The position numbers and the translations under genes were made by a program. The notes beneath the pieces were generated by a model that was given only the letters and a program-made list of their open reading frames with translations, did no database searches and was not told the DNA's origin. This document shows, piece after piece, positions 10,211 through 20,044 of a DNA stretch of 64,000 bases. Source of the stretch: Chloroflexota bacterium. Its GTDB lineage: Bacteria > Chloroflexota > Dehalococcoidia > UBA2979. The DNA is taken from assembly GCA_027593235.1 (NCBI GenBank), contig JAQCIU010000011.1, forward strand, positions 29,775 through 93,774, read 5' to 3'. Position 1 is the stretch's first letter. The number at the start of each line of letters is the position of its first letter.

Positions 10211-11290
10211 ATGTTGATGGACTACCAGTTCGCCTCATACGAACCGCGCTTTCGCGCGCAGCTGATCGATCTCTACGCGGAAGTGTTCAACGAGAGCCGT
10301 GAAACCAGCGCGGCGTACTTTCGCTGGAAGTACGAGGCGAATCCATACATCGCGGAACCGCTGTTCACGGTCGCGCTTCAGGGCGAGCGGGTGATCGGCA
10401 TGCGCGGCTATTTCGGCGGATGCTGGTCCGCGGGCGCGGCTTCCGTGCTGGTTCCTGTCAGTGGGGACACGGCGATCGATCCGGCGCATCGTGGCCGCTG
10501 GCTGTTCGACCGGATGATGCGCTTCGCGCTCACCGATCTGAGCGAGCGCGGTTATCCGTACATCTTCAACTTCAGCGGCAACGAGGCGGTGCGACTGCTC
10601 TCGCTGAGGTCTGGTTGGCGCCAGCTCGCGACGTACGATCCTTGGGAACGGCGCGCGATTACCCGTGGCCCGCAGGCCTGGGTCGCGCGCACGCGGCGGT
10701 ATGTGCGGCGACGGCTTGGCGGTCGCTCGCCGGGTCTCGCCGCGCTCGGTCACGTGCCGGCGTCGGCGCTGGGCGGCGCGCGGGTCGCGTCGGCTCCACA
10801 GCCTGCGGCGATGGCGGAGCTGGTCGCGCGCAACCGCGGGGAGCGGCTCGGTCACGTCCGCGACGAGGCGTTCTACGAATGGCGGTTCCGCGATCCGCGT
10901 TACCGCTATCGCTTCCTCACGCTCGAGGGTGAGGCGGGCCTCGCGGGCTTCTTCGTGCTGCAACAGCAGCGCAGCGGGGGCTGGGTGAACGTCGTCGATT
11001 GGTGCGCCGAAAACGTCGATGCGTGGTCGACGCTGCTGCGCGCCTCACTGGCATCGCGACTGTCCGATATCCAGATCTGGTCGGCGAACCTTCCCGAGGA
11101 GTACCGCGACGAGCTGCAACGGGCGGGGTTCGGCCCGCGCGAGGACGCGCCGGCCGATGCCGCAACGCACCCGGGGATGCTGATCACGCACACCGAGCAC
11201 GCGCCTGCGGAGCACTGGGAAATCGAGGGCGCACCGCTCCTCGATGCCGATCGGTGGGATCTGCGGATGGCCTATTCGGACGGTTACTAG
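10211..11290 (+). CDS. GNAT-family N-acetyltransferase-like protein (two-domain)
   Basis: YFRWKYEANP, DTAIDPAHRGRWLF (motif A), RDEAFYEWRFRDP, C-terminal SDGY. Confidence 0.75.
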   Translation: MLMDYQFASYEPRFRAQLIDLYAEVFNESRETSAAYFRWKYEANPYIAEPLFTVALQGERVIGMRGYFGGCWSAGAASVLVPVSGDTAIDPAHRGRWLFDRMMRFALTDLSERGYPYIFNFSGNEAVRLLSLRSGWRQLATYDPWERRAITRGPQAWVARTRRYVRRRLGGRSPGLAALGHVPASALGGARVASAPQPAAMAELVARNRGERLGHVRDEAFYEWRFRDPRYRYRFLTLEGEAGLAGFFVLQQQRSGGWVNVVDWCAENVDAWSTLLRASLASRLSDIQIWSANLPEEYRDELQRAGFGPREDAPADAATHPGMLITHTEHAPAEHWEIEGAPLLDADRWDLRMAYSDGY

Positions 11291-11457
11291 CGTCACGCCT
11301 CGCTGATCGCGGGCTCCTGGGCCACCGCGCGCCTTCGTCAGCGTCTACAGTGGGAGGGGTCCGCAGGAACGCTCGGAGACGGTCTCCCCTCCCGTCTCCG
11401 CTGACGCGGTTTGTGGCTCGCGAGCATCCGACGTTCAGCCCAGAGGGGTGACCTATC

Positions 11458-12477
11458 ACGACAGCGACGCAGTCACGAACCGAGGATCGACCCTCCGTTT
11501 CGGACTACAGCGACCTCAAGCGGATCCTGACAGCGGCAGGCCTGCGCGAGGCGCAACCGTGGTTCTACGTCGGCAAGGCGCTCTTCAACGCCGCAGCACT
11601 CGCCAGTGTGATCGCGCTCGCGCTGTGGTCCCCGCATCCCGCGGTACTGGTCGCTAGCGCCGTGTTGTACGGGTTCATGCTGACCCAGATCGGGTTGCTT
11701 GGGCACGACGTCGCCCACCGCCAGGTCTTTCGACGAGGACGCTGGGTGGCCGTCGCGGGCTGGACACTCGGAAACCTGCTGATGGGCATCAGCTACACGT
11801 GGTGGACGCGCAAGCACAATCAGCACCACGCGAATCCGAACCACATCGACGATGATCCCGACGTGCGATACGCGATGCTGGCCTTCTTCCCGGAGCAGAT
11901 CTCCCAGAAGGCCCGATGGGCGCGGCCGATCATCGCGATCCAGGCGTACCTGTTGCCGTTCCTCGCGATGTTCGCGTGGGTGACCCTGCGGACGCCGAGC
12001 ATCCAATTGATCTTTCGTGGGGACATGCCGCGTCGGATTCCGCAGGCGATCGGTCTGACGCTGTACTGGACACTCTTTGGCGTGCTGCTCTGGCAGCTCG
12101 GGAGTTGGCCCGCCGCGTTGACGTTCCTCTTCGTGAGTCAGGCGACGTTCGGCATGTACAACGTCTCGGTCTTCGCCCCGAATCACAAGGGGATGATGAT
12201 GCTGTCGGACGATGAGCCGCTCGACTTCCTGCGGACACAGGTGCTGACCGCTCGCAACGTCCGCGGCAGCCGCTTCGTCGACTTCTGGTACGGCGGCCTC
12301 AACTACCAGGTGGAGCATCACCTCTTCCCGACGATGCCGCGCAACAGGCTCCGTGCCGCCCAGCCGTTGGTCGAAGCGTTCTGCGCCGAACGCGGAGTGC
12401 CCTACTACGAGACGACGCTCTCTCGCTCCTACGTGGAGATCTTCCGTCACCTGAAGCGCACGAGCGCGACGGTCTAG
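11458..12477 (+). CDS. Membrane fatty acid (acyl-CoA/acyl-lipid) desaturase
   Basis: His boxes HDVAH, HNQHH and QVEHHLFP; the frame is open back to an ACG at 11458 after a GAGGGG SD-like site (track start 11608 is too late). Confidence 0.9.
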   Translation, partial: TTATQSRTEDRPSVSDYSDLKRILTAAGLREAQPWFYVGKALFNAAALASVIALALWSPHPAVLVASAVLYGFMLTQIGLLGHDVAHRQVFRRGRWVAVAGWTLGNLLMGISYTWWTRKHNQHHANPNHIDDDPDVRYAMLAFFPEQISQKARWARPIIAIQAYLLPFLAMFAWVTLRTPSIQLIFRGDMPRRIPQAIGLTLYWTLFGVLLWQLGSWPAALTFLFVSQATFGMYNVSVFAPNHKGMMMLSDDEPLDFLRTQVLTARNVRGSRFVDFWYGGLNYQVEHHLFPTMPRNRLRAAQPLVEAFCAERGVPYYETTLSRSYVEIFRHLKRTSATV

Positions 12478-12520
12478 CACCACAGGTGTTCAGCCCCGCT
12501 CGATGGAGCGGGCTGGACGC

Positions 12521-13402
12521 CTAAGCGAGCACCAGCAACGTCACACCGCCGGTGACCACCGCCGCCGCGACGTATTCGTCCCAGCGGTGCGATTCGCGGT
12601 GGATCACAATCCCGAGGGCGAAGGCAAACACGATCTCGATCTGGCCAAGCGTGCGGACACGCGCGGCGTTCTCGAGGGTCATCGCGAGCGCCCATCCGGC
12701 GGAGCCTGCGAGCGACAGCACGCCGACACCGATCGCCTGCCGCCACGCGCGCCGCACCGCGGTCAGTGACGCGGTGCGGGAACGGGCGATCGCCACGCCC
12801 TGCACCAACGCTTGCACCGTGAGCATCACCGCCAGCGTGATCATCGCGCGGTCGACGGCGGTCCCGTCCAGGCTCGAGGAGGCGCGGCGGATGAAGACCG
12901 CTGTCACGCCAAACCCGAGCGCCGCGACGATCCCGTAGCGTGCCGCCGGGTCCAGACCGCCGGCGAGACGCTCACGCAGCGAGCCTTTCGAGGCGAGCCA
13001 TGCGACGCCGGCGAGGCAGACCAGCGCGCCCAGCCAGCTCAGCCAACCCAGCGGCTCGCTGAGTACGACCGCCGACGCAATGCCGACGAAGACCACCTCG
13101 GTCTTCGAGTAGATCGTGCCGACGGCGAAGTCACGGAGGCGGAATGACTGGAGGAGCGCCATCGTCGCGACGATTTGCAGCACGCCGGCTGTGACCACGG
13201 AGATCCAGAAGCGCGCGGGAAGATCTGGCAGTTCGCCCGGGCCGGCCATCCAAGCCGCGGTCAGCGCCACCGCCAGTGGGCAGGCGTACGCGAACCGAGC
13301 GTAGCCCGCCTCGGCGACGCCGAGCACGCTGCGCAGCCGGTGCTGCTCCGAGGTGCGACCGATCTGGAAGACCGTGGCGGCGAGGGTGACGAGGATCCAC
13401 AT
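12521..13402 (-). CDS. EamA/DMT-family transporter
   Basis: About 10 hydrophobic segments; MWILVTLAATVFQ..R, FAVGTIYSKTE and RTLGQIEIVF motifs. Confidence 0.85.
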   Translation of the reverse strand: MWILVTLAATVFQIGRTSEQHRLRSVLGVAEAGYARFAYACPLAVALTAAWMAGPGELPDLPARFWISVVTAGVLQIVATMALLQSFRLRDFAVGTIYSKTEVVFVGIASAVVLSEPLGWLSWLGALVCLAGVAWLASKGSLRERLAGGLDPAARYGIVAALGFGVTAVFIRRASSSLDGTAVDRAMITLAVMLTVQALVQGVAIARSRTASLTAVRRAWRQAIGVGVLSLAGSAGWALAMTLENAARVRTLGQIEIVFAFALGIVIHRESHRWDEYVAAAVVTGGVTLLVLA

Positions 13403-13459
13403 GTGCACACTCTCGCACCAGGAACGGCCATCGAGAAGAGCGCTCCCTCGATGTTTGAT

Positions 13460-13474
13460 ATAAGACTGGCTTAT
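13460..13474. promoter_or_regulatory. LysR-type operator (T-N11-A palindrome)
   Basis: ATAAG-ACTGG-CTTAT between the divergent DMT and LysR genes, overlapping the LysR ATG. Confidence 0.6.
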
Positions 13475-14396
13475 GCCACACACGGAATGGATTCGTACCG
13501 CACTGGCCGTTGAGCGCGCGGGTTCGATCACCGCCGGCGCTCGCGATCGCGGCATCTCGCAACCCGCGGCGAGCCAGCACCTGGCGGGCCTCGAGCGGGC
13601 GCTGGGCCTCGAGATCTTCGAGCGCCACCGTTCCGGGGTACGTACGACCGAGGCGGGCGCGCGGTTCCTGCGCGAGGTCGGCGGCGCGTTCGACCAGCTC
13701 GAGTGGCTCCTCGATGGCCTCGATGCCGGTCACCTGCAGCGTCCGGAGCCGGCGCTGGTGATCGGCTGTAGCCCGGAGTGGTTCGAGCGCTCGCTGCTGC
13801 CACTCCTCGATGGTGCGATCCCACTGCGCGCTCGATTTGGCAGCGATCAGGAGTTGCTCGACGATCTGCAGAACGGTCGTGTCGACGTGGCGGTGACCGC
13901 CCTGCGCGCGGCGCCAAGCCGCGCTCGCACTACCCCGCTCGCCTCGAAACGCTACGTGCTCGCGGCGGCGGCCGCGTTGGTGCCGGAGCCACCGCGCACC
14001 CTCGAGGAGCTGGCGAACTGGGTCCGCGCCACGCCGTGGGTCGGCTACAGCGAGGAGTTGCCGGTCACCCGGCGGTTCTGGCAGGACCTCACCGGATCGT
14101 TGCAGCCCACCTCGGTGTGCCTGGTCGCCCCTGACCTGCGGATCGTGGCCGCTGCCGTCGAACGCGGCCTTGGCGCGAGCCTGCTGCCATCGCACGTCTG
14201 CGACGACGCGATCGCGGATGGCCGCATCGTCGAGGTGCGCTCGATCGCGGACGTCGTCCCGCCGGAGCCGTGGTTCCTGTCGGTGCGGCCAGGCGGTCAG
14301 CCGCACCCGGCGCGCACGGCGCTGGTCAAGCTGCTGACCGTTGCGTTCGCCGCCACCGCCCCGACCCCCGGATCGCCCGGTGCCGGCGCCCGTTGA
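13473..14396 (+). CDS. LysR-family transcriptional regulator
   Basis: HTH GSITAGARDRGISQPAASQHLAGLERALG..FER...T.AG; about 300 aa; divergent from the transporter. Confidence 0.92.
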   Translation: MPHTEWIRTALAVERAGSITAGARDRGISQPAASQHLAGLERALGLEIFERHRSGVRTTEAGARFLREVGGAFDQLEWLLDGLDAGHLQRPEPALVIGCSPEWFERSLLPLLDGAIPLRARFGSDQELLDDLQNGRVDVAVTALRAAPSRARTTPLASKRYVLAAAAALVPEPPRTLEELANWVRATPWVGYSEELPVTRRFWQDLTGSLQPTSVCLVAPDLRIVAAAVERGLGASLLPSHVCDDAIADGRIVEVRSIADVVPPEPWFLSVRPGGQPHPARTALVKLLTVAFAATAPTPGSPGAGAR

Positions 14397-14463
14397 CGGC
14401 CCGCCTGCCCCTGGGCCTGCGGTTCTTACGCGCGCAGATCACTGCGCGTGATACCAATCGAGA

Positions 14464-15075
14464 ATGACGAACCACACGGTCCCCGGGACCGATCACCGTG
14501 ACACGCCCGTTGAGGCGCAGGGGCAGGGTTCTGAGCCTGCGTTCGATCGGCCGATCAAGGGCGTGGCGGTCGCGTTGCCCCCTGTGCGCCGCCGGCTGCA
14601 GGTCGTTGCGGCGGTGGCCATCTACGGGCTGCTCGCGGTGACGCTCGTGTTCGTGACTCCAGGCCTGTTCGGTTTCCACACCTACACCGGGCTGGGCCAA
14701 TCGATGGGGGAGACGATTCCCAACGGGTCGCTGGTCGTTGCCCGCACCGTCGCCGCTGATGACGTGGCGCTCGGCGACGTACTCGTCTTCCGCTGGCCCG
14801 GCTTCGACCAGCCGATCACGCATCGCGTGATCGACATCCGCCAGAACGATCGAGACCTGTTGTTCGCGACCAAGGGCGACGGGAACCCGGCAAGCGATCC
14901 GTTCCTCGCATCTGGGGATCAGGAGCTTGGACGGGTGATCCTGACCGTGCCGCGCCTCGGTTCGTGGCTCCCGGCTGTGAAGGCGCTGGTGTACATGGCC
15001 GCCTTCGGCGGCGCGTTCTGGCTGTGGAAGCGGCACCGGTTGCGGAGACGATCCGGAATCGACTCCGCCCGATAG
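14464..15075 (+). CDS. Signal peptidase I (SipW/S26B-like)
   Basis: N-terminal TM, GQSM (Ser), ITHRVI (His), TKGDGN, C-terminal TM. Confidence 0.82.
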   Translation: MTNHTVPGTDHRDTPVEAQGQGSEPAFDRPIKGVAVALPPVRRRLQVVAAVAIYGLLAVTLVFVTPGLFGFHTYTGLGQSMGETIPNGSLVVARTVAADDVALGDVLVFRWPGFDQPITHRVIDIRQNDRDLLFATKGDGNPASDPFLASGDQELGRVILTVPRLGSWLPAVKALVYMAAFGGAFWLWKRHRLRRRSGIDSAR

Positions 15076-15132
15076 CTCCGTTCTGGGCCGGTCCTGTTCG
15101 GTCGCAGGATCGTTTCTCGATGCTGAGCGCTT

Positions 15133-15978
15133 TCAGGCAAGCGCCTCCTGGCCGTAGTCGCCGTCCGGGTGATCGGTTCGGTCGAGCTTCCAGTAGCCAC
15201 GGGTGACGATCTGTTCCGGGGCGAGCACGCGATCCGCCAAGAGGTGGTGCCTGATGCGCCGCATCGCGCCCGCCTCAGTCGCGACCCAGGCGTAGCTTCG
15301 CCCGATCGGTCCCGGGAGTTCTCGGATCGCTTCATCGAGCGCCTGCCCCGCCAAGCGAGGGTCGTCGCCGCGGAACCGCCAGTCGATCGTCGCGCCGTCG
15401 ATTCCGGGGAACGAACGGCGCTCGTCGTCGTCGACGACCTCGAAGACCGCCGTGCGGGCGGCGCCGGCGGGGAGCGCACGCAGCACCTGTGTCGCCGCCG
15501 GGATCGCGGTCTCGTCCGCGGCGATCAGGTAGTGGTCGCCGTCCTGCGGGACCGCCCAACCACCACGAGGGCCGGCGACGACTATCTCCTCGCCGACCTG
15601 GGCGCGGCGAAGCCAGTTGGAGGCCGCCCCGTCGCCATGGATCAGCAGCTCGATCTCCAGCTCCAGGCGATCCCGATCGAATCGCAGCGGGGTGTAGGTC
15701 CGGAGGAATGGCGGTGTGACGCCGTCGGCGAAGATCGGTCGTCTGCCCTCGTAGCTAAGCGGTTCCGCGGGACGCGTTGCGCCTGGTGGCGGCAGGATCA
15801 GCTTCACGTGACCGCCCGGATCCACCTCCTCGAATCCGGCGAGGGCTTCGCTGCTGAGCAGGAGGCGGGTCACGCGCGGCGTGATCGCATCAAGCGCGGT
15901 GATCGTCACCCATCGCCTCGGGGGTGGTTGCCGCGGCGTCGCCGCCGTCGTTTCCTCGGGTCGTTGTTCGGTCGTCAT
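15133..15978 (-). CDS. Siderophore-interacting protein (FAD-binding)
   Basis: HVKLILP, RTYTPLRFD, IHGDGAASNW, GPRG, ADETAIPA, GYWK. Confidence 0.92.
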   Translation of the reverse strand: MTTEQRPEETTAATPRQPPPRRWVTITALDAITPRVTRLLLSSEALAGFEEVDPGGHVKLILPPPGATRPAEPLSYEGRRPIFADGVTPPFLRTYTPLRFDRDRLELEIELLIHGDGAASNWLRRAQVGEEIVVAGPRGGWAVPQDGDHYLIAADETAIPAATQVLRALPAGAARTAVFEVVDDDERRSFPGIDGATIDWRFRGDDPRLAGQALDEAIRELPGPIGRSYAWVATEAGAMRRIRHHLLADRVLAPEQIVTRGYWKLDRTDHPDGDYGQEALA

Positions 15979-16009
15979 CGCTGGCTCCTCTCGCTCCGCC
16001 TGGATTCCG

Positions 16010-16492
16010 CTAGCAGGCCGCGTCACCCAGCAGCCCCAGGTGGGTCAACGTTTCGTGGAACACCTCCGGGATCGCCGTTGCGCAGCGGCGGATGGTTGGT
16101 GCTGGCAGGTCCAGATCCAGGACGTCCTCCCGGAGGAAGATCGGCAGGCCGATGTGCTGCGCCGCGAGCAACGCGATGCCGGCCTCGCTTTCGATCTCAA
16201 CGCCACCGTCCTCATCGAAGAGGCGGAGCCGAACCGAGAGATGTCGCGCCTCGGGTGTGACGACGACGGCCAGGGATTCGTGGCCCAACAGTTCGGCCAG
16301 CCGGGCGACCCAATCAAAGACCCGCACCGGCGGCTCGGCGCTGACCGGATTGGTCACGAACCAGGGGACCAGGTCTGTCTGTACACGGAGCCGCACATGC
16401 TGCCCGCCGGCGATCTCCTCCAGCACCACCCAGGCGTGGCGTTCGCACGGACAGGGCCGCATGCCGTGGATGCGCATCTGTCGAATGGCCAT
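16010..16492 (-). CDS. Hypothetical protein, weakly similar to bifunctional nuclease (DUF151) family
   Basis: Size and pattern (IRQMRIHGM...VVLEE...IALLAAQHIGLPIFLREDVL) resemble DUF151; co-oriented with the SIP gene. Confidence 0.4.
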   Translation of the reverse strand: MAIRQMRIHGMRPCPCERHAWVVLEEIAGGQHVRLRVQTDLVPWFVTNPVSAEPPVRVFDWVARLAELLGHESLAVVVTPEARHLSVRLRLFDEDGGVEIESEAGIALLAAQHIGLPIFLREDVLDLDLPAPTIRRCATAIPEVFHETLTHLGLLGDAAC

Positions 16493-16706
16493 CGGTAGCT
16501 CTTCCTCCCCAGGGCGCGAGCGTGGACGGGATCGATCTGGGAACTGGAGTTCCGGCGGATCGATGGATCTCCGTGGCTCGTCACGTCAGTCACTACGAAT
16601 GAACATTAGTATGCACGAATAAGAATCGATCGTGTAAACGATGATAGTAACGACTATGGGGCATCGACGGACGAGCGCACCACTCGCCTGAGCGGCGCGG
16701 GATGGC

Positions 16707-17282
16707 CTAGTAACGGGCGGCGAGCGGCAACGGGCCGAGCGTCATGCCGCCGAGCGCCGTGGTGAGCGTCGCCACCGAGGTCAGGAGGGCGTCCAGTTCG
16801 GAGGCGGCCTCGGTGGTGGGGACGCCCTCGGCGAAGGCGGCGCCGGTGAGATAGAGGTCGGTCGGCGCGGGTAGTGCGCCGAACCACTGCAGCACGTCGC
16901 GCAGATGCGAAGCGACGCCGAGGTAGTGGTGGTAGCTCCCGCCCATCGCGAGGACGCCGACCGGCTTCGACTGGAGCGCATCGACCGGCAAGAGGTCGAG
17001 CGCGTTCTTCAGCGCGCCCGTCATCGAGGCGCGGTAGACGGGGCTCGCGAGGAGCACGCCGTCCGCGGCCCGCACCTGTTCGACCAGGCTTGCGGTGTCG
17101 TCGGTTAGCGCCTCGATCGGGGTGCCGTCGGCGAAGCCGAGTCGGAGCGTGCCGAGATCGAGGAACGACCAGCTCCCGCCAGCCTGGTTCGCGCGATCGA
17201 CGGCATCGCCGAGGACCCGGTGCATCCGGCCGGGCGGCGTGACGGAGCCAAGCAGGGCGAGCAGGCGCGGGGCATCGGACAT
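16707..17282 (-). CDS. NADPH-dependent FMN reductase (SsuE-like)
   Basis: LLGS, ADGVLLASPVYRASMTGALKNALD, GGSYHHYL. Confidence 0.9.
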   Translation of the reverse strand: MSDAPRLLALLGSVTPPGRMHRVLGDAVDRANQAGGSWSFLDLGTLRLGFADGTPIEALTDDTASLVEQVRAADGVLLASPVYRASMTGALKNALDLLPVDALQSKPVGVLAMGGSYHHYLGVASHLRDVLQWFGALPAPTDLYLTGAAFAEGVPTTEAASELDALLTSVATLTTALGGMTLGPLPLAARY

Positions 17283-17356
17283 GGCAGGCTCCTCGGACGC
17301 GGGCGGGACGAGTGCGGCGGCAGGCCGGCTTCGCCGGTTAGCCTACTCGCCGCCGA

Positions 17357-18547
17357 CTACTCCAGACCGAGGGCGAACTTGCCCGCGGCGATCAGGATGC
17401 TGTCGTCCTGTGGCGTGTGGATGCGGCTACAGAGTGCGTCGCGCAGGTGGCGTTCCAGCGGCTGGCGCCGCGTTAGCCCGGGGTTGCCGCCCAGGTCGGC
17501 GGCGATCTGCGCGACCTGCACGTCATTGTTCGTTGTCGTGTATTTCACGAGCTGAGCCTGGCGACCGGTGCCAGCGTTGGGACCGTCGCGATCGATCCGC
17601 GCGGCGAGGCCGTAGAGGATTTGCTCGTTCTGGTAGAGCAGCGCCTCAATGCGGCCGATGTCGGTCTGGAAGCGAGGCAGCGTCGCGAGCGCCCGTCCGA
17701 GGTTGGTCGGGACGCGTTCCTGCGCGAAACGTACCGCCCAGTCGCGCGCGGCGTGGGCGACGCCGGTGTAGACCGCGCTGATCGCCAGTGAGTTCCAGTA
17801 GGCGACGCGTGGATCGCGTGGGATCCACTCCTCCGGCAGCCGCACGTCCACCGCGTAGGCGTCCGCGATCTCTGCGCCCTCGAGGATCAGGTCGTCGCTG
17901 CCCGTTGCGCGCATACCGAGGTGGTCCCAGGTCCGCTCGATGCGGGTACCCGGCGTGCCGGCGGGGACCGCGAAGGTGCCGACGCGGGCCGGCTCCTCGT
18001 CCGTCTTCGCCCACAGCAGGTAGTAGCCGAGGGCGGGCGAGCCCGTGACATAGATCTTGTGACCGTCGAGGCGCCAGCCGTTCGCGGTCTTCGTTGCGGT
18101 GGTTGCCGGGAGGCCGCCCCGTGCCGGCGTGCCCAGTTCCGGCTCGACGCGGATCGCGTTGATCAGCGAGACACCCTCGATCGAGGCGCGCACGACCTCC
18201 TCGTAGACCGCGCGAGGCCAACGGGAGTCGGGGATATCGAGGGCGGCGTGGAAGGTGTACTGCATCGCCAGCACGAGACCGGTCGAGGCGTCACCGCCAG
18301 CGACCGCCTGGAGGACGCGCAACGGCGTTTCGAGGCCGAGTCCCTCGCCACCGAGGGCGCGCGGGACCGTGAGGTTGAGCAGGCCGGCCGCGTGCAGGTC
18401 CGCGAAGTTCTGGTGCGGGAAGGTCGCGTCGCGATCGTGCTCCGCGGCGCGCTCGGCGAAGACCGGGCGGAGCGCCTCGGCGGCCTCGAGGATCTAGGCT
18501 TCGGTGCGGCTCGGGCGGGTGGCGGCCTCGAGAGTCTCGACGGTCAT
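17357..18547 (-). CDS. Acyl-CoA-dehydrogenase-fold flavin monooxygenase (DszC/SfnA-like); in-frame TAG at codon 18 (18494-18496)
   Basis: MTVETLEAATRPSRTEA*ILEAAEALRPVFAERAAEHDRDATFP...GDASTGL...WDHLGMRATGS...LERHLRD; in frame with track ORF 17357..18322. Confidence 0.85.
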
Positions 18548-18585
18548 GGGGGGTTCCTCGCGGGATTCGGCTGAGCCGTCGTTGG

Positions 18586-19779
18586 TTAGCCGGTCACGGC
18601 CGGTGCGGGCGCCGCCGCCGTCGCTATCGTCGCTGGCGCCGGGGTCGCGGCGTCCGGTGCCTGAGCGGCCCGCTTCGCCGCTTCCGTGGCGGCGCGGTCG
18701 GCCTCGTTCTGGGCGCGCATGTCGCGGATGCGCACTTCCTCGCGAACGATCGGCAGCAGATCGCGGCCGTAATCGATCGCGTCCTGCACCGGGTCATAGC
18801 CGCGGATCAGCAGCGTGCCGCAGCCGGCCTCGTAGTACTGGAGCAGCGTTTCGGCGACCTGATCGGGGGTGCCGACCAGCGCGGTGCTGTTTCCTCGGGC
18901 GCCGGTCATCTCCGCGATCGCGGTGTACAGACGGTCGTCGACGACCGCGCCGCGCTTCGCGTTATCCAGCAGCCGCTGCGAGCCGACGCTCGGCGCGGCG
19001 GGCGCCGGTACGTCGCCGCGCAGGATCTTCACGCGCTCCAGGATCTGGCGCGCACGCTCCCACGCCTGCGCCTCGGTGGTCCCGAGGATCGGGCGGAACG
19101 AGACGGACACCGCGGGACGGCGGTTGTAGGCGGCGGCACGCTGGTTCAGATCGGCGATCTGTGACTTCACGTCAGCCAGTGATTCGCCCCAGGTCGCCCA
19201 CACGTCCGCGTGCTTTGCCGCGACCTCGAGCGCCTCGTTGGACGAGCCGCCGAAGTACACGGGGATGTGCGGCTGTTGCAGCGACTTGATCTCGGAGAAC
19301 GCCTGCGTCACGCGATAGAAGCGTCCCTCGTAGTCGAATGGCGTGGTGCTGACCCAGTCCTGACGGGCGATGTCCAGGAACTCGCTGGTGCGCGCGTAGC
19401 GGTCGGTTTTGTCCAGGTAGTCGCCGTCCCGCTGCTGATCGATGTCGCTGCTGCCGGTGATGATATGGATCGCGAGGCGTCCGCCGCTGATCACGTCGAG
19501 CGTGGCGGCCTTCCTCGCGGCGACCGTGGGGGAGATGAAGCCCGGCCGGTGTGCGAGCAGGAACCCGAGTCGCTCCGTGCGCGCCGCGGCGTGCGAGGCG
19601 ACCGCCCAGCCGTCCGGCGCCCCGGCGAAGTAGCCAATCAGGATGCGATCGAACTCGCCCTGCTCGTGCACGTCGATGAAGCGGTTGAGGTGCGGCATGT
19701 CGAGGGCGGGCCCACCGACCGGTCCGGTGACCTCCGACTGCGCGCGGTTCGAAACCATGCCGATGAACTCGACGGGCAT
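18586..19779 (-). CDS. LLM-class flavin-dependent monooxygenase (SsuD-like)
   Basis: FLLAHRPG, AARKAATLD..SGGRL, FDYEGRFY, PVYFGGSS, TALVGTPDQVA. Confidence 0.92.
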   Translation of the reverse strand: MPVEFIGMVSNRAQSEVTGPVGGPALDMPHLNRFIDVHEQGEFDRILIGYFAGAPDGWAVASHAAARTERLGFLLAHRPGFISPTVAARKAATLDVISGGRLAIHIITGSSDIDQQRDGDYLDKTDRYARTSEFLDIARQDWVSTTPFDYEGRFYRVTQAFSEIKSLQQPHIPVYFGGSSNEALEVAAKHADVWATWGESLADVKSQIADLNQRAAAYNRRPAVSVSFRPILGTTEAQAWERARQILERVKILRGDVPAPAAPSVGSQRLLDNAKRGAVVDDRLYTAIAEMTGARGNSTALVGTPDQVAETLLQYYEAGCGTLLIRGYDPVQDAIDYGRDLLPIVREEVRIRDMRAQNEADRAATEAAKRAAQAPDAATPAPATIATAAAPAPAVTG

Positions 19780-19856
19780 GCGCGGCTTCGTTCGTGGGTG
19801 ATGAGCTGACCGCGCTGCGCGAGCGGGCGCCCGGGCGACGGAGAGCTATTGTCTAA

Positions 19857-19881
19857 ATTGTCGACCAAAATACTCGTGAAT
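19857..19881. promoter_or_regulatory. Putative Rrf2-family (IscR/CymR-like) binding site
   Basis: AT-rich ATTGTCGACCAAAATACTCGTGAAT upstream of the sulfur-monooxygenase operon; resembles an IscR type-1 site. Confidence 0.55.
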
Positions 19882-20044
19882 ATCGCGGCATCTGTCAATC
19901 TGCCCGTCGGCCCCGGCCCTGGAGGCGTCGCGGGGACTGCGGCGTAGCGGGCACGGCGAGTCGCGCGGAGGCGGTGCTACGTGCGTTATTTCGTCGTCTG
20001 CGGCTGCCGGCTGGAGGACGCACAGGCAGCTGCGGACGCGCATC

